A stretch of 64,000 nt of DNA from an uncultured Chloroflexia bacterium (GTDB lineage: Bacteria > Chloroflexota > Chloroflexia > Thermomicrobiales > UBA6265), in assembly GCA_963724295.1 (NCBI GenBank), contig CAVRUC010000003.1:107955-171954 (forward strand), given 5' to 3'. Position numbers and translations under genes: made by a program. This document shows, in pieces, positions 20,962-31,093 of the stretch; position 1 is the first letter of the stretch, and every line of letters begins with the position of its first letter. The notes below the pieces were generated by a model. It saw only the letters and a program-made list of their open reading frames with translations, was not told where the DNA came from and ran no database searches.

Positions 20962-21983
20962 ATGACACCTCTCCTTGCTGTCGACAATCTCCATCTCTGG
21001 TATGACGCCGGCGGCGGCAAGGTCGTGCGGGCGGTCGATGGCGTCTCCTTCACGCTCGAGCAGCGCGGCGAGGCTCTCGGTATCGTCGGCGAGTCCGGTA
21101 GCGGCAAGAGCAGCCTTGCCCTGGCGCTGATGCGGATGCTGCCGAAGAACGTCGCTCGCTTCGACGGCTCGGTGCGGCTCGACGGCCGGGAGCTGATTGC
21201 CCTTCCGGACGACCAGTTTCGCCGTGAGATCCGTTGGAGCCGCATCGCCATGGTCTTCCAGGGCGCCATGAGCGTGCTCAATCCCGTCCTGCGCATCGGC
21301 GAGCAGATAGCCGAGCCCCTCCTGCTGGAGCGACGATTCGACAAGACCGCCACTCGCGCCCGCGTGCGTGACCTGCTGCAGCGGGTCGGACTCCCGGCCG
21401 ATTTCGCCAGCCGCTACCCGCACGAGCTCAGCGGCGGACAGCGCCAGCGCGTCGGCATCGCCACCGCGCTGGCGCTCGACCCCGACGTGCTGATCCTCGA
21501 CGAGCCCACGTCTGCCCTCGACGTCAGCGTGCAGGCGCAGATCATGAACCTGCTCAAGGACCTCAAGCAGGATCCCGGGATCTCGATGCTCTTCATCACC
21601 CACGACATCGGCCTGGCCAGCGATCTCTGCGACCGCATCGCGGTGACCTACGGCGGCGAGCAGATGGAGCTCGGTCCCGCCGAGCGAGTGCTGGTCACGC
21701 CGCGCCATCCGTACTCCCAGCTCCTGCTGGCCTCGTTGCCGCGCCTCCATTCAGACGTCCCGCCGCGGCCGATGCCCGGCGACCCACCCGACCTCACCGC
21801 GCTGCCTGTCGGGATGCCGTTTTCACCCCCGCTGTCCCTACGCCTTTGCGGCATGTCTCGAGCACCCACCCCCGATCCCAGTTGCCGGACGGTGGGCACG
21901 CGCGCTGCTGGCTGAACGACCCGGTCGTCGCCGGGGAGCGCTACGAAATACATCTCCGCCCGGCGGAGGCCGCCGTTGACTGA
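20962..21983 (+). CDS. Oligopeptide ABC ATP-binding protein (OppD-like); frameshifts in the C-terminal tail
   Basis: GESGSGKS, LSGGQRQR, ILDEPTSALD, HPYS; GCRFHPRCP appears in a shifted frame. Confidence 0.9.
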
Positions 21984-22980
21984 GACGCTCCTCGCTCCCC
22001 CCACGTCCGCGCCGGAATCGGGACCGCTGCTGGCGCTCGACGACGTCTCGATGGTCTTCCAGACCCGCAAAGGGCTCTTTCGGGGCGGCGTGGTCACGGC
22101 AGTCTCCGGGGTGAGTCTGACCGTGGCGCATGGGGAGACGCTGGCGCTGGTCGGGGAGTCCGGATCCGGCAAAACGACAGTCGGCCGCGTCTCGATCCGG
22201 CTCTTGCAGCCGACGAGTGGCCGGGTGCACTTCGATGGGCAGGACATCTCCCAGGTACCGGAGGAGCAGCTTGGCTGGTTGCGCAAGCGGGCGGCGATCG
22301 TGTTTCAGGACCCGTTCTCCAGCCTCAACCCGTACATGACTGTCTCCGACCTCGTTGCCGAACCGCTCGTCATCGACGGAGTGAACGATGCCGACGCGCG
22401 ACGGGCACAGGTGCGGGCCGCGCTGGAGGCGGTCGATCTCACCCCTACGGAGCGCTTCGTCCACGCGTACCCGACGTCGATGTCCGGAGGCCAGCGGCAG
22501 CGGGTCGGTATCGCCCGCGCGCTGATCCGGAACCCAGACTACATCGTGGCCGATGAGCCAGTATCGATGGTGGATGCCTCGTCACGGGTGGAGATCCTCG
22601 ACTTGCTGAACCGTCTGCAGCGGGATCACGGCGTCGCCTTCCTCTACATCACGCATGACATCGCCTCTGCCCGGCACTTCGCGGATCGCATCGGGGTCAT
22701 GCACCTGGGCTCGATCGTCGAGACCGGCTCGGCGCCGCAGATCATCGACCAGCCGGTTCATCCCTATACCCGCGCCCTGATCGCGGCGGTGCCCGAGCCC
22801 GACCCGGCGAACCGCTTCCTCCGCCGCGCGACCGAACGCTGGCAGGACACTCCCGGACTTCCGATCCATCCCGGATGCCCGCACGGCGGGTCAATCGATG
22901 AGCCGGCCATTCTGCTCGAGGTTTCCGGCGAGCCGGGGCACAGCGTTGCCTGCCACCTGGAGCCGGCTCGAGCTCGCTGA
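21976..22980 (+). CDS. Oligopeptide ABC ATP-binding protein (OppF-like)
   Basis: GESGSGKT, MSGGQRQR, VADEPVSMVD, HPYTRAL, HSVACH. Confidence 0.92.
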   Translation: MTETLLAPPTSAPESGPLLALDDVSMVFQTRKGLFRGGVVTAVSGVSLTVAHGETLALVGESGSGKTTVGRVSIRLLQPTSGRVHFDGQDISQVPEEQLGWLRKRAAIVFQDPFSSLNPYMTVSDLVAEPLVIDGVNDADARRAQVRAALEAVDLTPTERFVHAYPTSMSGGQRQRVGIARALIRNPDYIVADEPVSMVDASSRVEILDLLNRLQRDHGVAFLYITHDIASARHFADRIGVMHLGSIVETGSAPQIIDQPVHPYTRALIAAVPEPDPANRFLRRATERWQDTPGLPIHPGCPHGGSIDEPAILLEVSGEPGHSVACHLEPARAR

Positions 22981-23059
22981 CCTGGCGGGCCGGGAAAGCC
23001 GCGGTGCGCTACGATGCCGGGTCTGAACCAGGAAACAGACGGGGAGGGCCTGCCGCAGC

Positions 23060-24274
23060 ATGACCGGCTCCGAGGAGCATCACACCGGTATTGACCCATG
23101 CGGCCCACTCGCCGGGGTGCGCGTCCTGGCGCTCGAGCAAGCCGTCGCGGGACCGCTCTGCACTCGCCATCTCGCCGACCTCGGCGCGGACGTGGTCAAG
23201 ATCGAGCGTCCGGGCGGCGGTGATTTTGCTCGTCGCTACGACACCGCCGTGAAAGGGCTCTCCTCGTACTTCGTCTGGCTCAACCGGGGGAAACGATCGC
23301 TCACCCTCGACATGAAGCATCCCCAGGCGAACGCGATCCTGGAGCGGCTGGTAGCGTCGTCTGACGTCCTGGTGCAGAACCTTGGGCCGGGGGCGATCGA
23401 CCGTCTGGGTTTCGCACCTGAGCGGCTGCGGCGTGATTACCCCGCACTCGTCATCACCTCGATCTCCGGCTATGGCGCGGGAGGTCCCTACGAGACCCGC
23501 AAAGCCTTCGATCTGCTGCTGCAGGGCGAAACCGGCGTGATCGCCACCACCGGCAACGGCGATGACCTGGCAAAAGTCGGTATCAGCGTCGGCGATATCG
23601 GCGCGGGCGTCTACGGCACGATTGGCACTCTCGCCGCCCTCTACGAGCGCCGCGCCACCGGTCAGGGACGCATCGTCGAGACCTCACTCTTCGATGCGCT
23701 CTCCGAGTGGATGGGCTACCCCGCCTACTACACCCTCTACGGGGGTGAGCCACCGGCGCGCGCCGGGGTGCGCCACGCCACGGTCGTTCCCTACGGTTCC
23801 TACCGATGCGCCGATGGCGCCGTGCTCCTCGCGGTGCAAACCGAGACGCAGTGGAGAGCGTTCTGCCAGATCGTCTGCGAGCACCCCGAGTGGGAGAGCG
23901 ACGAGCGTTTCACGACTTCGGCGCTGCGGCGCATCAATCGTGAAGTGCTGGAATCGATGATCGAGGAGAGCCTGGCGGCGGTTCCGCGTGAAGAGGTGGT
24001 GCGCCGCCTGGAGGCGGCCGATATCCCCTTCGGCTCGGTCAACGAGGTCGCGGAGTTCGTCAGTCACCCGCAGCTCGCCGCTCGCAACCGCTGGCGCGAC
24101 GTCGATTCGCCCGCGGGGTCGCTGGCGGCGCTGGTCCCGCCATTCGACCTGGAAGGAATGTCGCCGCGCATGGGAGCGATCCCGGACGTTGGCGACCACA
24201 CAGAGGAGATTCTCATCGATCTGGGGTACGACAAGGAGGAGATAGCAGGGCTGCATGAGCAGGGGATCGTCTAA
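23060..24274 (+). CDS. CoA-transferase family III (CaiB/BaiF)
   Basis: PLAGVRVL..AVAGP..LADLGADVVKIERPGGGD; LNRGKRSLTLD; SISGYG. Confidence 0.93.
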   Translation: MTGSEEHHTGIDPCGPLAGVRVLALEQAVAGPLCTRHLADLGADVVKIERPGGGDFARRYDTAVKGLSSYFVWLNRGKRSLTLDMKHPQANAILERLVASSDVLVQNLGPGAIDRLGFAPERLRRDYPALVITSISGYGAGGPYETRKAFDLLLQGETGVIATTGNGDDLAKVGISVGDIGAGVYGTIGTLAALYERRATGQGRIVETSLFDALSEWMGYPAYYTLYGGEPPARAGVRHATVVPYGSYRCADGAVLLAVQTETQWRAFCQIVCEHPEWESDERFTTSALRRINREVLESMIEESLAAVPREEVVRRLEAADIPFGSVNEVAEFVSHPQLAARNRWRDVDSPAGSLAALVPPFDLEGMSPRMGAIPDVGDHTEEILIDLGYDKEEIAGLHEQGIV

Positions 24275-24452
24275 AACCGTGTTGCACAACCCGAGTTGAC
24301 GGGGACTACGGCGTCTGCGCGGGCTGACATGGAAGACGTTCCGAACCCTGTACTCAACCCCGTGGAACGTACGGGTGCGCCCGGTTCAGCGGCCCCGCTA
24401 GGATGGAAGGCGTGAAGACCGCGTCGGCTTGATAGGCGAGCCTATCACCTGG

Positions 24453-24651
24453 AAAAAAAGAAACAGTCCCGACCGACTCCGCTTCCGCCCCGCTCCCTGA
24501 CCAGCCGCTTCCGTGCGCATGCCCCGCAACAATGCGCCCTTTCCCGGCGGTCCCGGGTCACCCAGGTGGCGTCAGAGTACCCCGCGATGCTCCGGCGCTC
24601 CAATCTGGTGTCCGGTGGGAGCGTCGCTTCTGCTCGGCCCCTCGGGACTGT
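24453..24651 (-). ncRNA. Structured ~190-200 nt RNA, 6S RNA-like rod
   Basis: Promoter TTGACA-17-TATAGT upstream; 5' ACAGUCCCGA pairs with 3' UCGGGACUGU, followed by UUCUUUUUUU; nested CGCUCCC/GGGAGCG and ACCAG/CUGGU stems; apical hairpin at the midpoint. Confidence 0.65.
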
Positions 24652-24657
24652 ACGTAC

Positions 24658-24686
24658 ACTATATCCGGACATTTGGAGCATGTCAA
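24658..24686 (-). promoter_or_regulatory. Near-consensus sigma70 promoter
   Basis: TTGACA (24686-24681), 17-bp spacer, TATAGT (24663-24658). Confidence 0.8.
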
Positions 24687-24700
24687 GGGGTTCCGCACAA

Positions 24701-26081
24701 ATGCCACAACCAACCGGTTCTGAGGCCGCGACATCAGCCACCCGCGGTGCGACTGACGAGGGCAGTGCGGGTCACGGAGCGGGCACGTTCGCGCCCGAAT
24801 CAACCGCGGTTGACCCGATTCCGTGGACGCCTTCCTTCCGCAGCACCGCGAGCTGGGTTGTTTACGATCTGGGTGACACCGTCTTTCAGCAGACCATGAT
24901 TACCAACTACTTTCCGGTTTGGGTTGTTGCTGTCATGGGCGGCGTCGATGGCCATATCTCGCTCGTCAACACCATCACCATGGTGCTCATGCTCGGTGTC
25001 GGTCCCTGGATCGGAGCCGTTTCGGACCATCTTCCCCGGCGCGTGCCACTGCTGATCATCACGGTCACTGGCTGCTGCCTGCTGACGTTCTTCGTTGGCG
25101 GCAGCCTATGGACCTCGCTTGCCCTCTTCCTCGGCGCGAACCTCTTCTTTCAAGCAGGCGTGGTGATCTACGATGCGCTCCTGCCGGTGGTGAGCACACC
25201 CGTAAACCGGGGCCGCGTCGGGGGTGTTGCCAGTGGATTGAGCAACTTCGGGGCGCTGCTCGGTCTCGGTCTCGGCTTCCTCGTTCTGCGAACTGGTGGC
25301 AACTACGAAGACAATCTTCAAACTAACGTCGATCGCATTTCTGCTCCTGGCGATTCCATGTTTCCTCTGGGTGAAGGAGCCGCCCCGCACCGTCGAGCGG
25401 GTGGCGCCTCTCAGCGCCGCTCGCGGAGCCATAGGGGACCTGAGGGCGACTGCTCATCGCGCCCGCTCCTACCCGGATTTGATCCGGTTTCTGGTCGGAC
25501 GCGCCTTTTACGCCGAAGCCGCCAATACGATCGGCCTCTTCCTGGGGATCTACCTCGTCGTGACACTCGGATTCAGCTCAGAGCAAAAGGACCTCCTGCT
25601 CTTGACGGGTCTCGTCGCCGCCGTCGTTGGCGGCATCTTCTGGGGTTTTGTCGTCGACCGCATCGGCGCGCGCGACAGCCTCATGCGCGTCTTGACGATC
25701 TGGTCAGCGGCGCTGGCGCTCGTCGCCGCCACTGGATTCTCCTTGCTGCCTGAGCGGGCGCTGTGGCTGATAGCGCCGATCGCTGGGTTCGCGCTGGGCG
25801 GGATCTGGGCCTCTGACCGGCCATTGATGGTCGGCATCGCCCCACCGCAGTACCTGGGTCAGTTCTACGGGCTCTACGCGCTGGCCGGTCGCTTCGCCGC
25901 GCTCGCCGGCCCCCTCATCTGGGCGCTGGTGGTCGACGTGCTCGGCCTGGGCCGTCCCACGGCGCTGCTCGTACTCCTGTCGCTAGTGCTGGTCGCGATG
26001 GTCATCCTGCGTCCGCTGTCACCTTCGATCGGCCGACCCGATTCGGCTCACTACGGCAACTCGGATGTGGTTCTCCCCTGA
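24701..26081 (+). CDS. MFS transporter (Atg22/UMF1-like); frameshift near 25310
   Basis: SWVVYDLGDTVF; GPWIGAVSD; YDALLP; RGRVGG; GQFYGLY; about 12 TM helices across two frames. Confidence 0.85.
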
Positions 26082-26100
26082 GGCAGCCAACACAGACCTC

Positions 26101-26145
26101 TTGCTAACGTTGCCAACATTGCCAACATTGCCAACATTGCCAACT
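26101..26145. repeat. 9-bp tandem repeat TTGCCAACA x5 (two variants)
   Basis: Directly visible, no spacers. Confidence 0.9.
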
Positions 26146-26320
26146 TTGACGCGTTCCTATCGCATCACTCCAAAGGATGACGCGCGCTGGCTCTTCGCGG
26201 ATCGCCGGATCAGGACATGGGATACTTTCCCGTTACGGGGGACACCCCGCTACCTGCCTGTCTTATTCCGCCGGCCGCCTGGCGTCTTCGCGTCCCAGGC
26301 CGTCGTTCGAGGAGGTTCTC

Positions 26321-28421
26321 TTGACCGCCGTCGCTCCCCCCGCGCTCGACCGTGAGCTTGAAACCGAAGCTATCAATGCTCTTCGGGTCCTCTCTATCGA
26401 CGCGGTCCAGGCCGCCAACTCCGGTCATCCCGGTCTCCCGCTCGGCGCGGCTCCCATGGCCTATGTCCTCTTCACCGAGTTCATGCGACTTCGATCCTCA
26501 CGAACCGGAATGGCCTAATCGCGACCGCTTCGTCCTCTCGGCCGGCCACGGATCGGCCCTGCTCTACAGCCTGCTCCACATCACCGGCTACGACCTGTCC
26601 CTCGACGAGCTGAAAAACTTTCGCCAGCTTGGCTCCAAGACCCCGGGTCATCCCGAGCGTTTGCACGCTCCGGGCATCGATGTCACCACCGGACCCCTCG
26701 GTCAGGGGTTTGCCAACGGCGTCGGCATGGCCATCGCCGAGCGGTTCCTGGCCTCTACGTTCAACCGCCCGGGGTACGACGTCATCGATCACTACATCTA
26801 CGGCATCGTCTCCGATGGCGACCTGATGGAAGGGGTCGCCGCCGAGGCCGCTTCGCTGGCCGGTCATCTCAAGCTGGGCAAGCTGATCTATCTCTACGAC
26901 CAGAACGAGATCACGCTGGCCGGCACCATCGGCCTCTCCTTCTCGGAGGACATTCCGGCTCGCTTCCGCGCTGTCGGCTGGCATGTGCAAGAGATCGACG
27001 GCATGGACACCGATCAGGTGCGCGCCGCATTGGCGGCGGCACAGGCGGAGACGGAGCGCCCCTCGCTGATTTGTGCCCGCACGGTGATCGGCTTCGGCTC
27101 GCCCAAAGCGGACACCTTCGGCGTTCACGGCGCTCCACTCGGCGCCGAGGGGGTAGCGAAGACGAAGGAGGCGCTCGGCTACCCACTGGAGCCCGCCTTC
27201 TACGTCTCGGACGACGTCGCCGCGCACTTCAAGGCGGTCGGCGAGGCCGGCGCCGAAAAAGAGGCGGCGTGGCGGCAGGTGTTCCGCGCCTATGAACAGG
27301 AGTATCCGGAACAGGCGGCGGCGCTCAGGCTGGCCTGGGATAACCGGCTTCCGGAAGGTTGGGACAGGGATCTGCCGACCTGGGAACCCGGCGCCAAACC
27401 GGTCTCGACGCGCAAAGCCTCCGGCGAGGTGATCAATGCCTTCGCGCCGCGGGTGCCGACCTTCATCGGCGGCTCGGCCGATCTCAACCCGTCGACGAAC
27501 ACGGCAATGAAAGGCGCTGGGGATTTTGGGTCGCCGGCCGCCGTCCTCGATCCGAGCGCGGAGCAAGGGCTCTCCGGCGGTGACTGGGGCTACACCGGGC
27601 GCAACATCCACTTCGGTATCCGCGAGCACGCCATGGGGAGCGCCGCCAACGGCATGGCCGCCCACGGCGGGGTGATCCCCTTCACGGCGACCTTCCTCGT
27701 CTTCGCGGACTACATGCGGCCGCCGATCCGCCTCGCCGCGCTCTCCGACCTCAAGGTGATCTTCGTCTTCACCCACGACAGCATCGCCGTCGGCGAAGAT
27801 GGTCCGACACACGAGCCGGTCGAGCAGCTGGTCAGCCTGCGTGCCATCCCGAAGCTCGTCACCATCCGTCCCGCGGACGCCAATGAGACCGCTGACGCCT
27901 GGCGCGTGGCGCTGTCCCTCGCCGGTCCCTGCGTGCTCGTCTTCTCGCGACAGGATCTGCCGGTGCTCGATCGCTCCGGCGCCTGGGGCTCGGTCGCCGA
28001 CGGCGCATACATCATCTCCGGAGCGGAGGGAGACCCGGACGTCGTACTGATTGGCACTGGATCCGAGGTCGAGCTCGCCGTGCGCGCCGCCGCTCTGCTC
28101 GCTGAGCAGGGCTTGCGCGCTCGGGTCGTCAGCATGCCGTCATGGGAGCTGTTCGCTCACAAGGACGATGACTATCGCGAACGCGTCCTCGGCCCAACCG
28201 GAACACCTCGCGTCGCGGTCGAGGCGGGCGCCACGCTGGGTTGGGAGCGCTTCGTCGGCGAGCGCGGCGCCGTGGTCGGTATCGATCGCTACGGCGCGTC
28301 GGGTCCGGGCAGCCAGGTGATGAAGCATTTCGGATTCACCCCGCAGCGAGTCGCGGCGACCGCCCTGCGGGTCCTCGGTCAGGACGAGCTCGCCGCGACG
28401 ATCGAGACCGCCGAGCAGTAA
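26321..28421 (+). CDS. tkt: Transketolase; frameshift near 26487
   Basis: GGAGG plus [62 protein letters not shown]. Confidence 0.95.
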
Positions 28422-28449
28422 TCATCCAGTCCTATTGAGGAGGAGCATC

Positions 28450-29598
28450 ATGGCCGAAAACCGCATCAAGCAGCTCTATCTGGAAGAAGGTCAGAGTGCC
28501 TGGCAGGACGACATCTCCCGCGACATGCTCAACCAGGGGAGCATCCGGACCGCGATCGAGGAGATCGGCATTCGGGGGCTGACCTCGAATCCGACGATCT
28601 TCGAGAAGGCGATCGCCGCCGGCACCGCCTATGACGAGGAGATCGCGGGGCTGCTCGAGCGCGATCTCGACGCGCACGCCATCTTCGAGACGGTAGCGGT
28701 GCGGGATATCCAGAACGCCGCCGATCTCTTCCGGCCGCTCTATGAGTCATCCGAGGGCGGTGACGGATTCGTCTCGATCGAAGTCTCTCCCCTCGCCGCG
28801 CGCGACCCCGCCGTCACGACGGACGACGCTCGCCGGCTCTGGTCGGCTGTCGACCGCCCAAATCTGATGGTCAAGATCCCGGGCACGCACGAAGCGGTAC
28901 CGGTCATCGAGCAGATGCTTACCGAGGGGATCAACATCAACATCACCCTCCTCTTCTCGGTTGCCGCCTACGAGCGGGTCGCTCGCGCCTACATCGCGGC
29001 CCTCACGGCGCGGCGGGCGGCGGGACAACCGATCGACCGCATCGCCTCGGTCGCCTCGTTCTTCGTCTCGCGGGTCGACACGCTCGTCGATAAGTTGCTC
29101 GACGAGAAGATCACGGCCACCAGCGATGCGACGCAGAAGGGCTGGTTGGAGTCGCTCAAGGGGAAGGCCGCTATCGCCAACGCCAAGATCGCCTATCAGT
29201 CGTTCGAACGGCTCTTCTCCGGCGCGGAGTGGGACGCGTTGGCCGCGGCCGGAGCGGACGTGCAGCGTCCACTCTGGGCCTCTACCTCGGTCAAGAACCC
29301 CGCCTTCCCGGACACCATGTACGTCGACGAACTGATCGGACCCATGACGGTCAACACCATGCCGCGACCGACCATGACCGCCTTCCTCGACCACGGCACG
29401 GTCGAGCGCACGGTCGACAAGGATCTGTCCGGCGCCCACAAGACGATGGAGGATCTGGCGGCGGCCGGGATCGACATCGACGCCGTCACCGCGCAGCTCG
29501 AAGACGAGGGCATCGCCTCGTTCTCCAAGAGCTACGACTCACTGCTGGAAGGCGTTGCCTCCAAGCGGTCGCAATTGGCGGGTGCGCCAGCGGACTAA
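28450..29598 (+). CDS. tal: Transaldolase
   Basis: GLTSNPTIFEKA; VSIEVSP; NLMVKIPGT; SVASFFVSRVD; QRPLWAST. Confidence 0.95.
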   Translation: MAENRIKQLYLEEGQSAWQDDISRDMLNQGSIRTAIEEIGIRGLTSNPTIFEKAIAAGTAYDEEIAGLLERDLDAHAIFETVAVRDIQNAADLFRPLYESSEGGDGFVSIEVSPLAARDPAVTTDDARRLWSAVDRPNLMVKIPGTHEAVPVIEQMLTEGININITLLFSVAAYERVARAYIAALTARRAAGQPIDRIASVASFFVSRVDTLVDKLLDEKITATSDATQKGWLESLKGKAAIANAKIAYQSFERLFSGAEWDALAAAGADVQRPLWASTSVKNPAFPDTMYVDELIGPMTVNTMPRPTMTAFLDHGTVERTVDKDLSGAHKTMEDLAAAGIDIDAVTAQLEDEGIASFSKSYDSLLEGVASKRSQLAGAPAD

Positions 29599-29649
29599 GC
29601 GAGCGGCCTCAACCGCTCTTCGCTCGACACGCCACGTGGAAAGGGGATC

Positions 29650-31026
29650 GTGAAGATGCCCGATGTCATCCTGCGTCACGTGCCGCTGCCCGACGAGATC
29701 GCCACGGCGGACCCACCCGCGATCGATACCGCCGAATACGAACGGCGCTGCGATGAGACGCTGGCGCGGGCGGGCACGCCGTGGGTTGCCGTCTACGGCG
29801 ACCGCGAGCACAGCGCCAATCTCCTCTTCCTGACTGGTTTCGATCCCCGTTTCGAAGAGGCGCTCCTGTTGCTGGGACCCGGCAACCGGCGCGTGCTGCT
29901 CGTCGGCAACGAAGGTGTCGTCCACGCCGTGGTCGCGGGCCTGGCGCTGCAGACCGAGCTCTTCCAGGGGTTCAGCCTGATGGGGCAGCCGCGGGAATCG
30001 ACGCCGCATCTCGATCGAGTGCTCGAGGACGTCGGTCTGGACTCGGCAGACCAGGTCGGCATCGTCGGCTGGAAGTACCTCACCGCGGCGGAAAGCGATG
30101 ATCCGGGCCGCCCATCCTGGGCACCCGCCGTGATCGTGGATAGCCTGCGCCGCGTCACGGGGAAGGCGCTCATCGACGTGACCGCTGTCCTGATGCATCC
30201 CGGTGACGGCCTGCGCGCGCGCAACAGCGCGGACCAGATCGCCGCGTTCGCCTGGGCCGCGCTGCGCGTGAGCCAGGCGGTCTTCCGAGTCGTTCGCGGC
30301 GCCCGGCCGGGCATGACCGAGCGCGACGCCGCGGCGCAGATGGGCTACGCGGGCGAGCCGCTCTCAATGCATCCCATCGTCGCCAGCGGCGCACCCGGCC
30401 AGCCGATCAATGGCCTGCGATCGCCGGGCGGCCGGCAGATCGCCATCGGCGACGGCATCAGCTGCGGTATCGGCTATTGGGGATCGCTCTGCTGCCGTGC
30501 CGGACTCGTCGAGGACGCCGCCGGAATCGACTTCTTCACGAATTACGTCCGGCCCTACTTCCTGGCGCAGGCAGCCTGGTATGGCACGATCGGCATTGGC
30601 GTGACCGGCGGCGAGGTCGCCACCGCCGTCGAGACTGCCCTGGCCGATGCCGGCGCGACGTTTCGCCCCATGCTCAATCCCGGACACCTGATCTCCTATG
30701 ATGAATGGGTGCACTCGCCGATCGAGCTGGGCAGCGATGTTCCGCTCGCCTCCGGGATGGCGCTGCAGTGCGACATCATCCCCACTCCCATCCCGGCTGG
30801 CACGGCGCTCAACTGCGAAGACTCGGTCGTTCTGGCGGATCAAGCGCTGCGGGAGGAGATCGCCGCGCGGCACCCCGAGCTGTGGGCGCGCATCAATCGC
30901 AACCGGGATCTGATGCAGAACCAACTCGGACTCTCACTTCGACCGGAAACGCTGCCACTGTCACTGGCCAACGCGTACCTGCCGCCGGCCTGGCTCTCAC
31001 CCGAGATGGTCTGCGCGCTTGCCTAG
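29650..31026 (+). CDS. M24/aminopeptidase P-fold hypothetical protein with divergent metal site
   Basis: Creatinase-like N-domain (YGDREHSANLLFLTGFDPRFEE); ARPGMTE; NPGHLI; GMALQCD; NCEDSV. Confidence 0.7.
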   Translation: MKMPDVILRHVPLPDEIATADPPAIDTAEYERRCDETLARAGTPWVAVYGDREHSANLLFLTGFDPRFEEALLLLGPGNRRVLLVGNEGVVHAVVAGLALQTELFQGFSLMGQPRESTPHLDRVLEDVGLDSADQVGIVGWKYLTAAESDDPGRPSWAPAVIVDSLRRVTGKALIDVTAVLMHPGDGLRARNSADQIAAFAWAALRVSQAVFRVVRGARPGMTERDAAAQMGYAGEPLSMHPIVASGAPGQPINGLRSPGGRQIAIGDGISCGIGYWGSLCCRAGLVEDAAGIDFFTNYVRPYFLAQAAWYGTIGIGVTGGEVATAVETALADAGATFRPMLNPGHLISYDEWVHSPIELGSDVPLASGMALQCDIIPTPIPAGTALNCEDSVVLADQALREEIAARHPELWARINRNRDLMQNQLGLSLRPETLPLSLANAYLPPAWLSPEMVCALA

Positions 31027-31093
31027 AGCGGTACAATTCCCGCCTGGCTGTGAGATCGGCGGGCTCGCGTGAGCCACGGAGCAGGCCACCCGC

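Noticed and set aside
24375..24384. GTGCGCCCGG, resembling a group II intron 5' end
   Set aside because: No domain V/VI motif or reverse transcriptase nearby; a 10-mer match is weak in high-GC DNA.
24453..24651. CsrB/RsmZ-type sponge interpretation of the ncRNA (10 GGA triplets)
   Set aside because: The count is modest for a G-rich strand, and the GGAs are not displayed in repeated short hairpin loops.
26101..26145. Direct repeats considered as a CRISPR array
   Set aside because: The units are 9 bp with no spacers, and there are no cas genes.
26470..26500. Programmed frameshifting in tkt and other broken genes
   Set aside because: No slippery heptamer or stimulatory structure seen; sequencing indels explain all cases more simply.
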